A stretch of 10,050 bases of DNA from Thermoplasmata archaeon (GTDB lineage: Archaea; Thermoplasmatota; Thermoplasmata; GCA-020350865): positions 2,640,707 through 2,650,756 of the forward strand of contig CP070751.1 in the NCBI GenBank assembly GCA_020348445.1, in the 5' to 3' direction. The number at the start of each line of letters is the position of its first letter. The stretch's first letter is position 1. Of the stretch, positions 6,770-10,050 are shown piece after piece. Under the pieces are notes generated by a model. The model made no database searches, was not told the DNA's origin, and saw nothing but the letters and a program-made list of their open reading frames with translations. A program made the translations under genes and the position numbers.

Positions 6770-6776
6770 ACTGAAG

Positions 6777-9700
6777 ATGTCTAAGAGAGGAGAGTTTAAG
6801 AAAAGAAGATTTTTTTCTTTTACCTCGTGTGTGTTGCTTACCCTAAGCACCCTGCTTATCGGGATATCGTTTGAAGTGCCCAATGTGAGTGCAAATGAGA
6901 ACCATGATGTGGGAGAGATTAATTTTGATATGCTCACAGGTTATGGCAGACTTTTAATGCCTCTTAAATGGCCTAATCCTGGTTCCTTCCAAACCGTAAG
7001 TCACCAAGGAACTGGTTTTATTGGATTGGTTGTGGATCAGGACGGCTACAATCATACCCCTGGGTCTGTGGATATCGCGGATTGCTTTAAAGAGGCAGAT
7101 ACCAAGTACTGGACCCAAGATGATTTTGGAGCATCGTCAATTACTATGGCCATCGATTCCGGTGGTGTCCAAAAAAGCATCGCAACTATGAAGAATCTTT
7201 ATACCACACAGGATGCCAACGATATACAAATCGATCAAACAGTCTGGACAGTTGAAAACAAGGACTGGGCAATATTTCAATGGAATGTTCAGAATATTAA
7301 GAGCCCTGCAGCTGATATTACAGGCTTCAAGCTCGCTTTGGAGGTGGATATCTCGCAAACTGATTGGGGGGCGTCGACAACAGATGCTGGTCTAGGCGGG
7401 GACTCAGGAGACGACGTCGACGGTTTCGATGCCGGTGAGAACGTGTACTGGGCTCAGGATGACGCAGGTTCTGGAGTCGCCATGGGATTTGGCTCAGTCA
7501 TTGCCTCGGACCCCATCACACATTACTTTTCAAAGGATTATAAACCCGCAACCTATATTGAATACAAGGAATATTGGGAAGACGAGCAATGGTTGTACGA
7601 CAGAATCAGCGCAGCAAACAGTGTTGAGGGAGACATCACAGCAGGAAATCGAACATCCCAGGTTGGATGGACTGGAGAAACCATAGCTGCAGGATCCTCA
7701 AGGACCTTCACCCTCGTGATCGCCATAAATAATACGAAAAACAGCATGATCAATGCAATAAAGGATGCTCAATACTACTATAGAAACGTGATAACAGGCT
7801 TTGTGTTTACAGAATTTTCGGATTCAGGGGGAACCCACCAAATCGAGATATTTAACAACGGCCGTGAATCAACTCCCGCATCAAATTTTGAATTTTCATT
7901 GGACGGTGGAGTATCGTTTTTGACGGTGTCCCCGGACAAGGACCCGATACCCACATACGAGTATGCGGTTTTCGATGTCACTGGTGGCGGATCCATCGGC
8001 GATCAGGGTGATACAATTAGTGTGTACGAAAATGGAATGTTAATTGACCAGGTTGCTTTTGGACAGGAAGGGCTTGCACCCGATCCTTTACCCGGAGAAT
8101 CGGTGGCAAGGTATTATAATCCTAATACGGCCTCATATTCTAACCAATGGGTTCACCAGGCCTCAGGGGGGCATACATTTGGTGCTCAAAACGATGTGGG
8201 TGTTGTCATGCCCAGAACCAGGATTGTTATCAACAGGGTCATGTTCGATCCCAGCGTGCCAGACGAGGGATACATCGAGCTGATGTACACCGGACCCATA
8301 GGACTGTCTACGAACATTACAGGATACAGGATCCTTTGCAATGACGAGTATGTCATACCCGCGGGACCTGACACCACTTTGGACTACTACAATAACAAAT
8401 TTTATGTGTTCACATATTCTGATATGAATCCATTTTTCACAAGCATGGACCCATCTGCAGACAATGTATATCTTTGCCTGGGTAACAGGAGCATTTTGGA
8501 CAGGGTTGGATGGAGCGGTTCCCACACCACAGGATTTTTCATGTCCAGGATCCCTGATGGAAATGGAACTAATTTGGGTTACAACGATGCCACTTCCATT
8601 GCTGCTAGCTGGTTTTTCGATCAGCAGCCAGTCGTAATGCTCACAGAGTTGTATGTGGACAGCACAAGCGCCCGAATCGAGGTCTTCAACCCAAGAGGCG
8701 GCGAAAAGTTGCTTGATTCCAGATGGAGCCTGGAAAGCAGTATAAATGGCCCCGGGGCACTTCCAGGATTATGGAATTTGGGTAAGATACCCCGTGATGG
8801 AGGATATGATGACTTCACCATGAACCCGGGTCCCGTACTTGGAGGAGAAGGTGATACGATCACTTTATATTGGGATCCAAGCTCCGGCCCAATTTTAATG
8901 GATCAAGTTGGCTTCGGAACACACGGACCTGCACCAGATCCCCTCTCGGGGGAATCCACTGCCCGCTACTACAATGACACCCAAATGATCTACTACGATA
9001 ATTGGACCAGGGAAGATACTCCCTCTTTCGGAGCTCAAAATGATGTCATAGCTATAAACCAAAGCTCTTGGATCATCTTAAATGAGGTCATGTTCTATCC
9101 GGGTACTATCCCAACTGGAAGGTTCTTTGTTCTAATCAATATAATGCCAGGGTGGAATGTGAATGTCGCAGGTTACACGATAGTATGCGATGCACCATAT
9201 CTATTTCCATCGTTTCCCATAACCCCTGGAGGATTTGATGGATGGATTTACGCACCTGACGATCCAGATGGCCGGCCGAATATGGTGATCATCAAGTACA
9301 CGGATGATCCCACAAACTCCACTAATTTCTTCGATAGTATTGATGAAACAGGAGACAATATTTACCTTTACGATTTCAACGGGGAGCTTGCCGACATGGT
9401 TGGATGGAATAATCCGCATACCCAGGGAATGACCGTGCGCAGGGTTCCAACTGGAAACGGCACTTATCAGGGCCATAACGACATCACTTCTGAGGCCGCA
9501 AGCTGGGTTTTCGATACTCCATTGGCAGTTCAAGTAACAGAAATATCTGACGACCAATCAACATCTGAAATCGAGATATATAACCCCAGGTATTCGCTGA
9601 TCAACTTCAGTTCTGGAAACTATGATTTTGAGAATTCCACAGGCGCTGCGCTCACAGGCACGTGGACAAAACCAGAGGCGGGAGCAGGTGAGTACGCTGT

Positions 9701-10050
9701 TTTCGATGTAACTTCCCCAGGTTTAGACCCAGATAGTGATATCATACGCTTCTATCAGAGCGGAGTCTTAATCGAGGAAATAGGCTATGGAACAAAAGGA
9801 CCAGTTCCTGATCCTTTGGCGGGCGAGAGCGTTCAAAGATATTGGAATGGCGTGTATTATACCAATTTATGGGGAAGGAACTGGACAACAGGAATCAATT
9901 TCGGGCTTCAAAATGACATACCCCCCGCAAATCTCTCTTCATTCTTTATGCTGAACGAGGTGCTCTTTAATCCCAGCAATCAAGATGATACTTATGTGGA
10001 GGTTTTCAATGCCTATGGAATCGCATGGGATATCTCTGGATATAAGATCG
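6777..10050 (+). CDS. 3'-truncated large secreted protein (gene 4, at least 1091 aa) with an N-terminal ~300-aa domain and tandem lamin-tail-domain (LTD)-like repeats; missing from the ORF track
   Basis: Manual translation of frame +3 from ATG 6777 shows no stop to the window end (MSKRGEFKKRRFFSFTSCVLLTLSTLLIGISFEVPNVSA|NENHDVGEINF ... FMLNEVLFNPSNQDDTYVEVFNAYGIAWDISGYKI). The signal peptide is 6777-6893. LTD-like motifs include (I/L)NEV.F.P..YVE.FN...DISGY.I, GD.I.LY...IDQV.(F/Y)G, GES..R and FG.QND. Many N-x-S/T sequons. Confidence 0.92.
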   Translation, partial: MSKRGEFKKRRFFSFTSCVLLTLSTLLIGISFEVPNVSANENHDVGEINFDMLTGYGRLLMPLKWPNPGSFQTVSHQGTGFIGLVVDQDGYNHTPGSVDIADCFKEADTKYWTQDDFGASSITMAIDSGGVQKSIATMKNLYTTQDANDIQIDQTVWTVENKDWAIFQWNVQNIKSPAADITGFKLALEVDISQTDWGASTTDAGLGGDSGDDVDGFDAGENVYWAQDDAGSGVAMGFGSVIASDPITHYFSKDYKPATYIEYKEYWEDEQWLYDRISAANSVEGDITAGNRTSQVGWTGETIAAGSSRTFTLVIAINNTKNSMINAIKDAQYYYRNVITGFVFTEFSDSGGTHQIEIFNNGRESTPASNFEFSLDGGVSFLTVSPDKDPIPTYEYAVFDVTGGGSIGDQGDTISVYENGMLIDQVAFGQEGLAPDPLPGESVARYYNPNTASYSNQWVHQASGGHTFGAQNDVGVVMPRTRIVINRVMFDPSVPDEGYIELMYTGPIGLSTNITGYRILCNDEYVIPAGPDTTLDYYNNKFYVFTYSDMNPFFTSMDPSADNVYLCLGNRSILDRVGWSGSHTTGFFMSRIPDGNGTNLGYNDATSIAASWFFDQQPVVMLTELYVDSTSARIEVFNPRGGEKLLDSRWSLESSINGPGALPGLWNLGKIPRDGGYDDFTMNPGPVLGGEGDTITLYWDPSSGPILMDQVGFGTHGPAPDPLSGESTARYYNDTQMIYYDNWTREDTPSFGAQNDVIAINQSSWIILNEVMFYPGTIPTGRFFVLINIMPGWNVNVAGYTIVCDAPYLFPSFPITPGGFDGWIYAPDDPDGRPNMVIIKYTDDPTNSTNFFDSIDETGDNIYLYDFNGELADMVGWNNPHTQGMTVRRVPTGNGTYQGHNDITSEAASWVFDTPLAVQVTEISDDQSTSEIEIYNPRYSLINFSSGNYDFENSTGAALTGTWTKPEAGAGEYAVFDVTSPGLDPDSDIIRFYQSGVLIEEIGYGTKGPVPDPLAGESVQRYWNGVYYTNLWGRNWTTGINFGLQNDIPPANLSSFFMLNEVLFNPSNQDDTYVEVFNAYGIAWDISGYKI
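7800..10050 (+). repeat. Protein-level (A-B)n repeat array of LTD-like domains in gene 4
   Basis: A1 ~7800-8198, B1 ~8223-8618, A2 ~8631-9047, B2 ~9072-9512, A3 ~9528-9920, B3 from ~9945 (truncated). The PDPLxGESxxRY motif starts at 8079, 8934 and 9807 (periods of 285 and 291 aa). Confidence 0.88.

Noticed and set aside
6689-6784. 31-aa upstream ORF overlapping the gene 4 start codon
   Set aside because: It has no SD and no informative composition, its length is expected by chance, and it may begin upstream of the likely promoter.
6801-6821. KRRFFSF as a Tat twin-arginine motif, and the T7 run (6810-6816) as a phase-variation or terminator site
   Set aside because: The motif departs from S/T-R-R-x-F-L-K and fits an ordinary basic Sec n-region. 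The T run is short and explained by Phe-Phe-Ser-Phe codons.
6620-6937. 105-aa minus-strand ORF spanning the gene 3/gene 4 spacer
   Set aside because: It overlaps the SD, start and signal peptide of gene 4 in antisense, with a low-complexity composition and no recognisable domain.
7137-9557. Small ORFs (60-120 aa, both strands) listed in the ORF track in the last third of the window
   Set aside because: All lie within the uninterrupted frame +3 gene 4 and are alternative-frame or antisense shadows.
1-10050. CRISPR array, tRNA/rRNA, transposase/integrase or other mobile element
   Set aside because: There are no regularly spaced short repeats, cloverleaf or rRNA-like segments, terminal inverted repeats or recombinase motifs; about 95% of the window is accounted for by the four CDSs.

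Overview
This window is a + strand cluster of four large secreted/cell-surface protein genes. An archaeal origin is inferred from BRE/TATA-like promoters, a GAGGTGA Shine-Dalgarno and dense N-x-S/T sequons. The domain style is reminiscent of uncultured sediment Thermoplasmata (inference from recall, not a database result). Genes 1-3 are tandem paralogs: gene 1 is 5'-truncated (<3-1241), gene 2 is 1370-3892 and gene 3 is 4001-6520. The two complete genes have the architecture signal peptide, right-handed beta-helix, carboxypeptidase-regulatory-like/Ig-like/FN3-like stalk, then a ~172-aa C-terminal module of two 'LxxGWN' repeats with no membrane anchor. Genes 1 and 2 are a gap-free duplication at offset 2651 nt that extends through the downstream promoter. 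Gene 4 (6777 to >10050, at least 1091 aa) is absent from the ORF track because it has no stop in the window. It has a signal peptide, a ~300-aa N-terminal domain and strictly alternating A/B lamin-tail-like domains. The best lead is the duplicated GWN C-terminal module as an uncharacterised surface sorting/docking signal. No RNA genes, CRISPR arrays, mobile elements or DGR signature were found. All counts are manual.
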